Part shown: piece by piece, positions 34,096 through 43,984 of the stretch
Layout of the letters: each line of letters begins with the position of its first letter
How positions within the stretch are numbered: the first letter of the stretch is position 1
DNA from: Candidatus Dojkabacteria bacterium UBA2022
GTDB lineage: Bacteria; Patescibacteriota; Dojkabacteria; SC72
Assembly: GCA_002335495.1 (NCBI GenBank)
Contig: DDBW01000010.1
Coordinates: forward strand, 1-54,754
DNA: 54,754 nucleotides
Direction: 5' to 3'
Program-made: the position numbers and the translations under genes
Notes under the pieces: model-generated
What the model was told of the DNA's origin: nothing
Seen by the model: only the letters and a program-made list of their open reading frames with translations
Database searches by the model: none

Positions 34096-34253
34096 CACAA
34101 CCCCAGTTACAAGCCCATAATTCCGTATCAGCAGACCTATCAGAACAATTATATATAAATATCCAATACACCCTCGAAACTGATATACTTTAAACAGTGG
34201 AAATAGATAGAAACCTCCCCCAATCCACCCATACTTAAATTTAGAAAAAAAGA

Positions 34254-34283
34254 TTAGACAATCCCACCCCCATCTGTTATAAT
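34254..34283 (+). promoter_or_regulatory. Candidate promoter for rpmE
   Basis: TTAGAC (34254-34259), an 18-nt spacer, then TATAAT (34278-34283). The ATG is only 9 nt downstream and there is no Shine-Dalgarno. Confidence 0.35.
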
Positions 34284-34292
34284 CCCAAAGCT

Positions 34293-34619
34293 ATGAAAAA
34301 GAATATACATCCAAAATACAATCACAATATAAAAGTAACTTGCTCATGCGGAAACATATTTGAGACAGGTTCTATTCTTTCAGAAATCAATACTGAGCTT
34401 TGCTCCAACTGTCACCCATTCTTTACAGGTGAACAGAAAATTGTAGACACTGCAAACTTGGTTTCCAAGTATGAAGAGCGACAGAAGAAAGCAGATGCAA
34501 TGTCCTTCAGGAGCAAGAAAGAGAAGATGGCAGCAAGAAAAGCAAAGGTCCAGTCTCAGACTTCATCTTCAACAGGTGGATTGACCCTCAAGGATATGCT
34601 CGCAAGTATATCTAAGTAG
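34293..34619 (+). CDS. rpmE: 50S ribosomal protein L31 (Cys-containing type) with basic C-terminal extension
   Basis: MKKNIHPKY..., then CSCG...CSNCHPFFTG. Confidence 0.9.
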   Translation: MKKNIHPKYNHNIKVTCSCGNIFETGSILSEINTELCSNCHPFFTGEQKIVDTANLVSKYEERQKKADAMSFRSKKEKMAARKAKVQSQTSSSTGGLTLKDMLASISK

Positions 34620-34637
34620 ATAACCCCCAAACACAAT

Positions 34638-35780
34638 ATGCTATCTGTAGACGTAAAAACTATAGAGAAAGAGCTTCATCTCGATTCAATAACATCCCAC
34701 AAGGAAGAACTTGAGAAAACCCTATCCAATCCTAACGCAATTGTTGGAAATATTGGAGAAGTTGCCGCGGAGCTATCATACTACACCAATCTCCATACCC
34801 TCTCCCTTAAACTCGCAAAAAAACTTTCCGACTATAAAGAGAATCAGGAAATTTTAAGCCAAGGGGCTAGTAATGAGCTGTTTGAAATATCAATCAACGA
34901 AAAAGATGAGATTGAAACTGAACTAGAGAACATATACCACACCCGACTACAACTTGAAATCGAGCACGAATTGGGAGATCCGGACGATAGTAGATCTGTA
35001 ATACTGGAAGTAAGAGCGGGAGCAGGAGGAGAGGAAGCCGCTCTCTTTGCCGCAGACCTATACAGAATGTATTCACAGTACGGATTAAACCGTGGATGGG
35101 CTATAGAGGTAATTGACAGCAGCGTAAGCGATAACGGTGGATACAAGGAAGTTATAGCACATATCAAGGGTAACAACGTATATAAAACCCTTAAATATGA
35201 AAGCGGTGTGCATAGAGTACAAAGAATCCCTTCTACAGAATCATCAGGAAGAATTCACACCTCAACCGCATCCGTAGCGATCATGCCTGAGGCAAGAGAC
35301 ATCGACATACAAATAGACCCACAGGACCTTAGAATAGACGTAATGAGAGCCACAGGAGCTGGAGGACAGAACGTAAACCGAACTGACTCTGCAGTTAGAA
35401 TCACTCACCTACCCTCCGGGATCGTAGTAAGCTGCCAGGAAACAAAGCATCAAGACCAAAACAAAGAAAAAGCCATGGCTATACTCAGATCCAGACTGTA
35501 CGAGAAGAAAAAACAGGAAGAGGATGAAAAGAGAGCAAAGATGCGTTCCTCACAGATTGGAAACTCCATGAGAGCTGAGAAAATACGAACATATAATTTC
35601 CCACAGGGAAGAATAACTGACCATAGAGTTAAAATTTCTTGGTTCAATATAGATTCTGTAATGTCGGGGGAAATTGAAGGACTCCTCGAAGATATACGAA
35701 TTGCCATTCAAAAAATGGAGTTAGAGAAAATGCTTAAACAGAAAGAAAATGACTCTAGAACAGCTGAAAATCGTCAGTAA
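34638..35780 (+). CDS. prfA: Peptide chain release factor 1
   Basis: GAGGQNVN (GGQ) and RIPSTESSGRIHTS (P-x-T type tripeptide), in the typical rpmE-prfA-prmC order. Confidence 0.95.
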   Translation: MLSVDVKTIEKELHLDSITSHKEELEKTLSNPNAIVGNIGEVAAELSYYTNLHTLSLKLAKKLSDYKENQEILSQGASNELFEISINEKDEIETELENIYHTRLQLEIEHELGDPDDSRSVILEVRAGAGGEEAALFAADLYRMYSQYGLNRGWAIEVIDSSVSDNGGYKEVIAHIKGNNVYKTLKYESGVHRVQRIPSTESSGRIHTSTASVAIMPEARDIDIQIDPQDLRIDVMRATGAGGQNVNRTDSAVRITHLPSGIVVSCQETKHQDQNKEKAMAILRSRLYEKKKQEEDEKRAKMRSSQIGNSMRAEKIRTYNFPQGRITDHRVKISWFNIDSVMSGEIEGLLEDIRIAIQKMELEKMLKQKENDSRTAENRQ

Positions 35781-36567
35781 AGTACAAAAACACCTAGATC
35801 AAATCCCCTATCCCGACTCATATCGAATTGCGAGGGAGATTGTATCCCACTATAACAACACCATACCTGAAATTGAGAAAGCTCTCAAAAGGCTAAGTAA
35901 TAATGAGCCATGGGAATATATAAAGGAAGAGGCTGAGTTTATGGGCAGAGGCTTCAAAGTAACTAGGGAAACTTTAATTCCACGCTTAGAAACCGAAGAG
36001 TTGGTAAGGCATATAACCAAAACCGTAGACACCTATCCCAATATCGATAAAATTATTGATGTAGGAACAGGAAGCGGAGCAATTATTGCAACCATAGCAT
36101 TGAATATAGAGAGGAAGAGTATATCCTTCGTAGGCACAGATATAAATCGGGAAACGCTAAGGATTGCACAACATAACCTTGAGAATCTAAATTTAGAGAA
36201 AAAAGTAGAACTTAAATTAACAAATCTCATAGAGGGAATTGAAATAACAGAGAGAACTCTGATAGTAGCCAATCTCCCCTATATTCCAACTTCAGATTAC
36301 AATAAACTAGATTCATCCGTGAAAGATTACGAGCCCCAAAGAGCCTTAGAGGGAGGAGACGACGGGATGAAATATATAAAAGAGTTGATCGAACAGATTA
36401 AAACATCTCCACATAAACCTCTGGCAATATATTTAGAAATAGACCCTACTCAAGCCCCCTATTTACTGAAAGCGATGAGTCAGTTAGGCGAAGTTTTGTA
36501 TAAAACCGAGTCTATAAAAGATTTCAAAGACAATATTCGATTTATATCCGCCATTAAGATCACTTAG
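35749..36567 (+). CDS. prmC: Release-factor glutamine N5-methyltransferase PrmC
   Basis: VGTGSGAI (SAM binding) and NLPYIP (NPPY variant). Overlaps prfA by 32 nt. Confidence 0.85.
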   Translation: MTLEQLKIVSKVQKHLDQIPYPDSYRIAREIVSHYNNTIPEIEKALKRLSNNEPWEYIKEEAEFMGRGFKVTRETLIPRLETEELVRHITKTVDTYPNIDKIIDVGTGSGAIIATIALNIERKSISFVGTDINRETLRIAQHNLENLNLEKKVELKLTNLIEGIEITERTLIVANLPYIPTSDYNKLDSSVKDYEPQRALEGGDDGMKYIKELIEQIKTSPHKPLAIYLEIDPTQAPYLLKAMSQLGEVLYKTESIKDFKDNIRFISAIKIT

Positions 36568-37672
36568 CTTCTTCGAGTTTCAATTTCATTTCAAGGGTCT
36601 TTCCAGCTCTCCAAACCTTCAAGTTAACCTCCTGCCCTACTTCAAGTCCCTGAACCACGGTTGCGAGAGATTTATTCATCTTTTTATCGTTGATAAAGGT
36701 AATAATATCACCTTTCTTTAATCCCGCCTTTGATGCAGGGCTATCAGCAACCACTCTTACAACAAGAGCCCCTGCTACTACATTTTTATAGTACAAGGCA
36801 GCCTCCTCTGAAATCATCTGATACTCAACTCCAATATAAGGCCTAATAAATTTGCCGTATTTTCTATACTCCTCTACCCTACTCTTAACTACATTTATAG
36901 GTAGAGCAAAAGATATATTATCCGCCCCTGCGGTTGTAGCAAAGTTAACACCAATTACCTCTCCCGAACTATTAATTAAAGGACCACCAGAATTTCCAGG
37001 ATTGATAGCAGCATCTGTTTGAATCACATCATAGTATTCTTTCGTAGTAGCTCCCCAGAAGTCATCAGTGGTGCTAACAGATCGATTGAGACCGCTAATA
37101 ACCCCGGTGGTGACACTACCTGCGTAGTCACCCAGAGGAGTACCTATTGCTATTACCAACTGTCCAGCAACTAATGAATCTGAATCACCAAATTTGAGGG
37201 ATGGAAGATCTTTACCCTCAACCTTAAGTACGGCTATATCATTTACAGAGTCAACAAGAATATCTTTAACAGGATATTCCTTACCCTCAGAAGTTATAAC
37301 CTTATACTCAGCACTCGAATTAGAAACAACATGTTGATTTGTAACAATAATACCTGAAGAGTCAGCAATAAATCCGGTACCAATATTGTTATTTGTATCT
37401 ACAATACCCTCTCCCGGCTTAAACTCCATCTGACTCACCGCGATACTCACAACCGTAGGCATAGTCTTCTTTACCACATCTATAACAACACTTTCCTCAC
37501 TCTTTACAATGGTCTTTGTTTCCACAGTATTACTCCCACCCTCTTTTAACCCTTCAATCCATCCAGATACTTTGGGAGAAACCAAACGCCCAACGATAAT
37601 GAGTATAGATATCACGACAACGACTCCAACTACTATAAGTACACTTTTTAATAAAGTTTTCTTCATATACAC
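36560..37672 (-). CDS. htrA: HtrA/DegP-family serine protease with PDZ domain
   Basis: N-terminal TM helix; TNQHVV (His), DIAVLKV (Asp), GNSGGPL (Ser); C-terminal PDZ domain (GLKKGDIITFIND). Confidence 0.9.
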   Translation of the reverse strand: MYMKKTLLKSVLIVVGVVVVISILIIVGRLVSPKVSGWIEGLKEGGSNTVETKTIVKSEESVVIDVVKKTMPTVVSIAVSQMEFKPGEGIVDTNNNIGTGFIADSSGIIVTNQHVVSNSSAEYKVITSEGKEYPVKDILVDSVNDIAVLKVEGKDLPSLKFGDSDSLVAGQLVIAIGTPLGDYAGSVTTGVISGLNRSVSTTDDFWGATTKEYYDVIQTDAAINPGNSGGPLINSSGEVIGVNFATTAGADNISFALPINVVKSRVEEYRKYGKFIRPYIGVEYQMISEEAALYYKNVVAGALVVRVVADSPASKAGLKKGDIITFINDKKMNKSLATVVQGLEVGQEVNLKVWRAGKTLEMKLKLEEAK

Positions 37673-37683
37673 TAAAACTAAAA

Positions 37684-38946
37684 TTATTTAATATTTTTAG
37701 TTACTTGTTTAATTGCCTCATCTAGCTGAGAATCCTTTCCAGCCTTGAAATCCTCATCAGTAATTTCAATAACAGTATTTGGCTTAATTGGGTTATCTCT
37801 GTTTAACCATTTTCCGTCAGGAAGCAACCATTTGAGAATAGTAATATGGATACTTGATCCTCCACTAAGAGGAATGACTGTCTGCGCAGTACCCTTTCCA
37901 TAAGTTTCTTCACCAACAACCTTAGCTCTATCATTCAACTGTAAAGCGCCTGAAAGAATTTCAGATGCGGATGCACTACCAGAGTTAACAAGAACGATTA
38001 CAGGGATATTTAATAACTTACCTTTTCGGGAGACCTTGAACTCCTGCACCTTTCCTACCCTATTTTCCTGCTTTGAAACAACCTTACCTTTTGGTAAAAA
38101 TTCTTCAGCGGCATAAATAGCAGCATCAAAGTATCCACCAGGATTTCCTCTTAGATCCAAAACTACACCTTTAGCCTTGGATTTAACAATCTCATCTACT
38201 GCCTTATCCCAATTTTTACTCCACTCCATCATTGAAGAGTCAGTAAATCTTGAAACCTTGAGAATCTTAACATCTTTATTTGTACTATCCTTAACTTCAA
38301 TACTAGGAACAGTTATCTGTCCTCGAGTAATCTCAATATCAACAGTCTTATTTTCACCTGGATGCAAAACAGTTAAAGTGACTTTAGTACCGGCTTCACC
38401 TCTTATTTTCTGTACAATCTCATAGATAGTTTCGGAAGGAAGAATATCTTTACCATCTACCTTCAAAATAACATCTCTTGGCCTTATTCCAGCTTTCTGA
38501 GCAGGCGAACCCTCAATCGGAGATATTACAATAATCTGACCGTTATCATATCCAAGCTCCGCTCCAATACCTTCAAATAGTTTCCCTTCATTTGAATCAT
38601 TGAAAGACTCGGTTTCCTCAGGGTCTAAAAAGACAGTTGCAGGGTCATCAAGGGAATTAACAAGGCCCTTGATACTTCCATAAAACATCTTTTCATAATC
38701 AATCTTCTCTTCAGCAACATACGTATCTGAAAGAGTATCCCAGATATCCCAGAATAGATCGAAATTTATATTTTCAATCTGCCTATCTTTATCACCTGTT
38801 ATTAAAGGGGTATCCTTTAGATTGAGCCCCCCTCCGTCAAAGAGTCTCCCTACAGAAAAGCCTACAACAAACGTACAGATTACTAAAATTACGCTCCCAA
38901 TTCCCTTGTACACCTTACTCTGGTTTCGCATGCTAAATTCAATCAA
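37684..38946 (-). CDS. ctpA: S41 carboxy-terminal processing peptidase
   Basis: PDZ domain (AGIRPRDVILKVDG), DLRGNPGGY, and SGSASASEI (catalytic Ser). Confidence 0.9.
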   Translation of the reverse strand: MIEFSMRNQSKVYKGIGSVILVICTFVVGFSVGRLFDGGGLNLKDTPLITGDKDRQIENINFDLFWDIWDTLSDTYVAEEKIDYEKMFYGSIKGLVNSLDDPATVFLDPEETESFNDSNEGKLFEGIGAELGYDNGQIIVISPIEGSPAQKAGIRPRDVILKVDGKDILPSETIYEIVQKIRGEAGTKVTLTVLHPGENKTVDIEITRGQITVPSIEVKDSTNKDVKILKVSRFTDSSMMEWSKNWDKAVDEIVKSKAKGVVLDLRGNPGGYFDAAIYAAEEFLPKGKVVSKQENRVGKVQEFKVSRKGKLLNIPVIVLVNSGSASASEILSGALQLNDRAKVVGEETYGKGTAQTVIPLSGGSSIHITILKWLLPDGKWLNRDNPIKPNTVIEITDEDFKAGKDSQLDEAIKQVTKNIK

Positions 38947-38998
38947 GTTAATTATAAATACTATCCAACATTATATGAACTCTAGGTGAAGCTGACAA

Positions 38999-40048
38999 CT
39001 ACAGCTGTACAGGTAGCAAAATCGTTGAAGAGACAAAGGATCTACGACCGTCTTCAAACTCAATTGAAACCATATTTTCATCAGTATTCACATCCAAGAC
39101 TCTTGCAAGTGCCCTAAAGTTTTCACTATCGACCACCCTAACATACATTCCAACCCGAAGCTCTGAAATAAAGGTATCATTAATCTCAATTGGATTTTTT
39201 GTTAGATACCTCCCTTTATCAGGCCAGACAATAGTGTTTTGAGTTAAATCAACACTACAAAAAGAATCTTTCATCCCTTTTGCAATCTCTACATACTCCT
39301 TAGGATATGGGATATGCCCAAATCCTCCTATTATACCGACAGCAAACGGTAAAGAGGCAAAATCCTGATAATCCATAGAGTACACCATTACATACTCTGC
39401 GCCTCTTTTGTAAATCTCTTTCAACAGCTCAGGATATGCAAACCTACCAGCATAGACGATACAACCCTTATAATCATCCTCTAAGTTCTTATCTACATAA
39501 ACCGAGGAACCGTCTCCAACCACCTTAAAGTTCCCCACTCTTACATTTTTATACTCATTAGGCTTCTCATGATAGTTATCTGTAAGAAGAGGCAACTTCC
39601 ATACAAGAGTCTCAATGCTCAAGCCATTTGTTAAATCAACATCCAGCACTCTTCCAAATGATTCGCAGTAATACTCTTCAGAAGTACTTTCACTCAATAT
39701 ATCTACAAAACCTTTGTCTATGCGATTTAGATTAAGAATCCCATCTTCTCCTGCATATAATCTTTTAATAGAGAGTCCCCCAGCTACCATCTTCTCGGCC
39801 AGAACTTCCCCTTTAAGAACATACTCCCCATTTAACCTAACAATATAATCTTTAGCGTCCTCAATTTTAACTCCGAGTTCAGTTGGGATAAAAGAGCTAC
39901 TAATAATTTTCTTAGCCGTTTTAACAAAAAGAACATCCCCTGGATGTACAGAATCACCCTTTTTTACCTTTGTCTGTACATGCCCTTCAAAAGGGATTAA
40001 CAATCGATAACTAGGTTGTCGGTATAGTAATCTAGATAATTGAAACAT
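38999..40048 (-). CDS. Hypothetical protein (349 aa) with N-terminal barrel-sandwich-like segment
   Basis: KVKKGDSVHPGDVLF resembles lipoyl/hybrid-barrel motifs; the rest is not recognised. Its start overlaps the end of the upstream gene (40032-41369) by 17 nt. Confidence 0.55.
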   Translation of the reverse strand: MFQLSRLLYRQPSYRLLIPFEGHVQTKVKKGDSVHPGDVLFVKTAKKIISSSFIPTELGVKIEDAKDYIVRLNGEYVLKGEVLAEKMVAGGLSIKRLYAGEDGILNLNRIDKGFVDILSESTSEEYYCESFGRVLDVDLTNGLSIETLVWKLPLLTDNYHEKPNEYKNVRVGNFKVVGDGSSVYVDKNLEDDYKGCIVYAGRFAYPELLKEIYKRGAEYVMVYSMDYQDFASLPFAVGIIGGFGHIPYPKEYVEIAKGMKDSFCSVDLTQNTIVWPDKGRYLTKNPIEINDTFISELRVGMYVRVVDSENFRALARVLDVNTDENMVSIEFEDGRRSFVSSTILLPVQL

Positions 40049-41369
40049 TGAACCACTCTCTCATTTTAATGTGATTGCTCTTGGCATCAGGGCCGTAAAC
40101 AATTGGCCGATATCTGCTATCTATAATAATACTTTTATATTTCTTTTTGCCAAGAATGAGATTATAGTCAAATTCCGAGTATAAGCTACTGTCTTTTATA
40201 AATTTACCCGTTATCTCTGCTGCCTCAAAATCAGTACTTAAAACAATTTGAGATATTTCATCAGACAAAGCATATACGCTCTTCTCCCCTCCTCTATCAT
40301 CCCTAATATCGGCGGAGAATATAACTCTTTTTCGTTCTCCAGATTTTGCGACATCTGGAAGAAGCAGATGATCATAACGAGAAGCAAAATCAGCAAATTC
40401 AGCAAGAAAACCTGCCTTAGCAATTCCTTCGGCGTATATTTTTCCAAGGGTATAAAGGGAGAGCGTACTATCAACCACCATATCAACAGAGTCATTAAGT
40501 TCAAGCCCATCGATCACTGAGAGAAGAAGTTCAGAGAATTCTAACTGGGAAATAACATCGCCTGTAACCAGCAAAAGAGTACTATATTTCATATCCCCCA
40601 CCCCGTCAAAATCACCTTTATGATCATTACGAATTGTAAGAGTTTGCAGGGTCGAAACAGATCGAACAAGATCTCTTAGTACAGGAGAAGAACTAAATTT
40701 CTTCTCTCCAAGAATATAATTAGCCCACATATTACCTAATCTAGCGCTTGGCGTCTCATACTGTAAAAAGGCTTTAACTCGAGGCGAGTCTACAACATCA
40801 ATCACCCTCCAATCATTTCCAAGCTCCACCTTACCATGCTTAAAGCTATAACCACCTGAATGAGTCTCATTTAACTTTCTAGTAACAATATCTCTTCGAA
40901 GACGATATATATAAGTATTTTCCAGGTCAACATCTAAGAGGAGAACATCCTCATATCCTAGCTTATTGGCAATCCCAATCAAGAGGTCTTGAATATAGTT
41001 ATTATCAATACTCAATATAGATATATCCTTAGAAACTCCTCTTATAGTTTCTAACATATCCTTCTTATTGTAGTATCTGCCATCGATGTAGAAATTAAGG
41101 CCATCAAGTCCAAAACCTTCGTTTGCCAAAGGCATTACTTCATCTGAGTGAGGTCGGAAAAGTTGCCAATCCCACATCTTAGAAAGAGAGTCCAGATACG
41201 TACGTATAAATTTGGAATCTAATGATAATGGAAGTGGAGAGGTACTATCGGAAAGGACGTAATGACGACCAATTGTGTAATCTGTATAAACAAGTTTGGA
41301 CACCAGGCGGTCGTGACTCACCTCTACAAGCAGTTGGGCAGATTTTTCAAGATTTGGCAGTTTTAACAC
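40032..41369 (-). CDS. Hypothetical protein (445 aa), possibly a degenerate actin-like (ASKHA) fold
   Basis: LLVEVSHD..., LLLDVDLENTYIY and LLLVTGDV occur at spacings reminiscent of the phosphate-1, phosphate-2 and adenosine motifs, but the Gly residues are not conserved. Confidence 0.5.
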   Translation of the reverse strand: MLKLPNLEKSAQLLVEVSHDRLVSKLVYTDYTIGRHYVLSDSTSPLPLSLDSKFIRTYLDSLSKMWDWQLFRPHSDEVMPLANEGFGLDGLNFYIDGRYYNKKDMLETIRGVSKDISILSIDNNYIQDLLIGIANKLGYEDVLLLDVDLENTYIYRLRRDIVTRKLNETHSGGYSFKHGKVELGNDWRVIDVVDSPRVKAFLQYETPSARLGNMWANYILGEKKFSSSPVLRDLVRSVSTLQTLTIRNDHKGDFDGVGDMKYSTLLLVTGDVISQLEFSELLLSVIDGLELNDSVDMVVDSTLSLYTLGKIYAEGIAKAGFLAEFADFASRYDHLLLPDVAKSGERKRVIFSADIRDDRGGEKSVYALSDEISQIVLSTDFEAAEITGKFIKDSSLYSEFDYNLILGKKKYKSIIIDSRYRPIVYGPDAKSNHIKMREWFNVSII

Positions 41370-41434
41370 AAAAGTAGTACGTATTTAATACTACATCAAT
41401 TTACACGAAATTGATTATATTTTCAACAAAAGAT

Positions 41435-41791
41435 TTACTCAGTTGCTACGTATGGAAGCAATGCCATATACCTGGCTCGCTTTGCAGCATTAGTAATCTG
41501 TCTCTGGTGGTAGTTACATACCCCAGACTTTTCAGTAGCAATAATTTTTCCCCTTACAGAAGTAAACTTCTTAAGCTGATAAACATCCTTGTAAGAAACA
41601 GATTTAACACCTGATTCACAAAGAGGACACTTGAGGTTAAGAACAATCTTTCTTCTTCTCTTCTGCTTTTTCTTTCCGTAATTTGAAGTTGTTTCAGTCT
41701 CATCAGATGCAATTGCTTTATCATCAAATACATCATCTAATGTAGGAGCAACTCCTGCTACTGCGTCTACTTTTTTCTCAATTTCTGCCAT
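41435..41791 (-). CDS. rpsR: 30S ribosomal protein S18 with about 45-aa N-terminal extension
   Basis: CPLCESG..VSYKDVYQLKKF...GKI......G.C..HQRQITNAAKRARYMALLPY. Confidence 0.85.
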   Translation of the reverse strand: MAEIEKKVDAVAGVAPTLDDVFDDKAIASDETETTSNYGKKKQKRRRKIVLNLKCPLCESGVKSVSYKDVYQLKKFTSVRGKIIATEKSGVCNYHQRQITNAAKRARYMALLPYVATE

Positions 41792-41811
41792 TTCTATATT
41801 ATAAATTCATA

Positions 41812-42309
41812 TTAAAAAGGTAAGTCTGCGAGAGGATCCTCGTCAGCCTTGTTATCATCAGAAGCATCATCGTTAGAAACCTTTGATGACTTGCGTGGCT
41901 GAGTGCCTTCTGATGCACCCATTTCTTCAGAAACAACTCCAGAGTCGGCACCAGTTCCGGCTCCCTTGCGTCCCTTGTCATCCAAAAGAATCATATCTTC
42001 AACTCTAACCTCAGTCTTATACTTTGTTCCACCTGCTTCATCCTGCCATGATCTAGTAGTTAACGATCCTTGTACATAAACCTTCATTCCCTTTGCAAGA
42101 AGTTGATTACAGATCTCTGCCATCTTATTCCAGGCAACTACATTGTGAAATTCTGTAGACTCCTCTACTTCACCTTCCTGATTCTTCCAAGATTTGTTAG
42201 TTGCAATGCCAAATGTAACAACAGGAGTTCCATTTCCTGTGTATCTTAATTCAGGATCCCTTGTTAGGTTACCTATCAATTGAACTAAGTTTAAAGACCT
42301 TGCTGACAT
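41812..42309 (-). CDS. ssb: Single-stranded DNA-binding protein
   Basis: OB-fold N-terminus (LNLVQLIGNLTRDPELRYT), a Gly/Ser-rich linker and an acidic tip ending DLPF. Confidence 0.9.
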   Translation of the reverse strand: MSARSLNLVQLIGNLTRDPELRYTGNGTPVVTFGIATNKSWKNQEGEVEESTEFHNVVAWNKMAEICNQLLAKGMKVYVQGSLTTRSWQDEAGGTKYKTEVRVEDMILLDDKGRKGAGTGADSGVVSEEMGASEGTQPRKSSKVSNDDASDDNKADEDPLADLPF

Positions 42310-42371
42310 CTCTTAAAAATAATAATTTAACTTATGTACAATATACAACCGTAAGATTAATTCAGAATGAA

Positions 42372-42710
42372 CTATACCTCAACTTCCAACTCTTTCTTCT
42401 TAATTCCTTTCCCAACTAACTCTGGATGCTCAACAACTGAAATCATGAATCTCAAAATTTCACCCTTAAGACCAAGCTTTCTCTTTAACTCTGCAACAGC
42501 AGAAGCTTCCATCTGGAAGTTATAAACAATGTAATATCCCTCATCATGTCCTTTAATCTTGTAAGCAAGATATCTCTTTCCCCATACATCAACATCATTA
42601 ACAGAACCATTAGCAGCTTTAATATAATCAGTCATCTCTTTATGAAGTGCTTTTCTAACATCATCAGGTAACAAAGGTTTCAAAGCAACCATCATTTCGT
42701 AGAACTTCAT
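42372..42710 (-). CDS. rpsF: 30S ribosomal protein S6
   Basis: The start is chosen at Met11 (MKFYEMMVALKP), which matches the usual S6 N-terminus. The ORF track extends to a TTG at 42740. rpsF-ssb-rpsR synteny supports the call. Confidence 0.85.
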   Translation of the reverse strand: MKFYEMMVALKPLLPDDVRKALHKEMTDYIKAANGSVNDVDVWGKRYLAYKIKGHDEGYYIVYNFQMEASAVAELKRKLGLKGEILRFMISVVEHPELVGKGIKKKELEVEV

Positions 42711-42820
42711 GTTTAAATCTCGCTTAGCCATACTTAACAACTATAATTTAATATTAATACCAAAGGCGATAGGATTGTATCAGAAAATGATTAGATATGG
42801 AAGTAGAATCAAGGTAATTT

Positions 42821-43972
42821 CTAATTTGAGTACACTATCATATAATCCCCATCCTGGATCACGTACTCTTTACCAACATTTTTAACCGCCCCAGCCTCTT
42901 TTGCCTTATTCCACCCGCCTAATTCAAGCATACGATTAACATTAACGACCTCCGCTGTAATAAAGCCCTTTGCAAGGTCGGTATGAATCACGCCCGCTGC
43001 GTCCCTAGCACTAGCTCCGGCCTCAACAGTCCAAGCATTAACCTCTTTCTCACTTCCAGTATAGAAGGTAACAAGGTTTAATCTTTTATATGCAGTGGCA
43101 ATAATATCCTCCATCATCACAGGAGTTTTATCCAAAAGAGCAATATACTCCGCCTTCTCATCCTCATTCATATCAGAAAGCTCACCAATCATCTTTACAT
43201 CACCCTGAACAACATAATCCCTATCTTCTTGAGGGAGCTGCTCTTTAAAGGCCATCACCCATTCTTCTCTCTCCACCTCATCCATCCCCTCCCGGATGTT
43301 AAGTAGGTACATTCCCTTTTTATTGCTAAGCAACCAGAGTTCCTGCATGAAAGCCTTTTCTTCATCATTCATAGGCATATTCACAACCATCTTCCCTTCT
43401 CCCATCCACTCCATAGCCCTCTCCAAAACCCCTATCCCCAAAGACAACTCGGGGGTCATTCCTGATCTGGAGTTCTTCTTAAGTTCACCTAGCTTCTTCT
43501 CAATAGTCTCAACATCCTTAAGAATTAGCTCGGATTGAACAATAGCAAGGTCTTCGAAAGGAGACACCCTATTGTATACATGCACAATATTCTCACTTTT
43601 AAATGCTCTTAGGACATAGAGGATTACATCAACCTCTCTAATATGGGACAGAAACTGATTACCCAACCCTTCACCTTTAGACGCACCTTTTACCAACCCA
43701 GCAATATCAACAAAAGTTATTGCTGAAGGAACTTTTTTATTTGCAGAAAAAAATGTATTCAAACTTTCGAGACGTTTATCGGGAACAACTACCACACCAA
43801 CATTCTTATCGATCGTAGTAAAAGGAAAGTTCTCCGCTGGAACAAGATTCTTTGTGAGAGAGTTGAAAAGCGATGACTTACCTGCGTTTGGCAAGCCAAC
43901 AATTCCAATAGATAACGAATGCGACCTAACAACTCCCATATATTTATGTATAATATAATCTAATGATTCCAA
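42821..43972 (-). CDS. ychF: Ribosome-binding ATPase YchF
   Basis: IGIVGLPNAGKSSLFN (G1), FVDIAGLVKGAS (G3) and a C-terminal TGS-like domain. The start may instead be Met12 (43939). Confidence 0.9.
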   Translation of the reverse strand: MESLDYIIHKYMGVVRSHSLSIGIVGLPNAGKSSLFNSLTKNLVPAENFPFTTIDKNVGVVVVPDKRLESLNTFFSANKKVPSAITFVDIAGLVKGASKGEGLGNQFLSHIREVDVILYVLRAFKSENIVHVYNRVSPFEDLAIVQSELILKDVETIEKKLGELKKNSRSGMTPELSLGIGVLERAMEWMGEGKMVVNMPMNDEEKAFMQELWLLSNKKGMYLLNIREGMDEVEREEWVMAFKEQLPQEDRDYVVQGDVKMIGELSDMNEDEKAEYIALLDKTPVMMEDIIATAYKRLNLVTFYTGSEKEVNAWTVEAGASARDAAGVIHTDLAKGFITAEVVNVNRMLELGGWNKAKEAGAVKNVGKEYVIQDGDYMIVYSN

Positions 43973-43984
43973 TTATACATCAGA

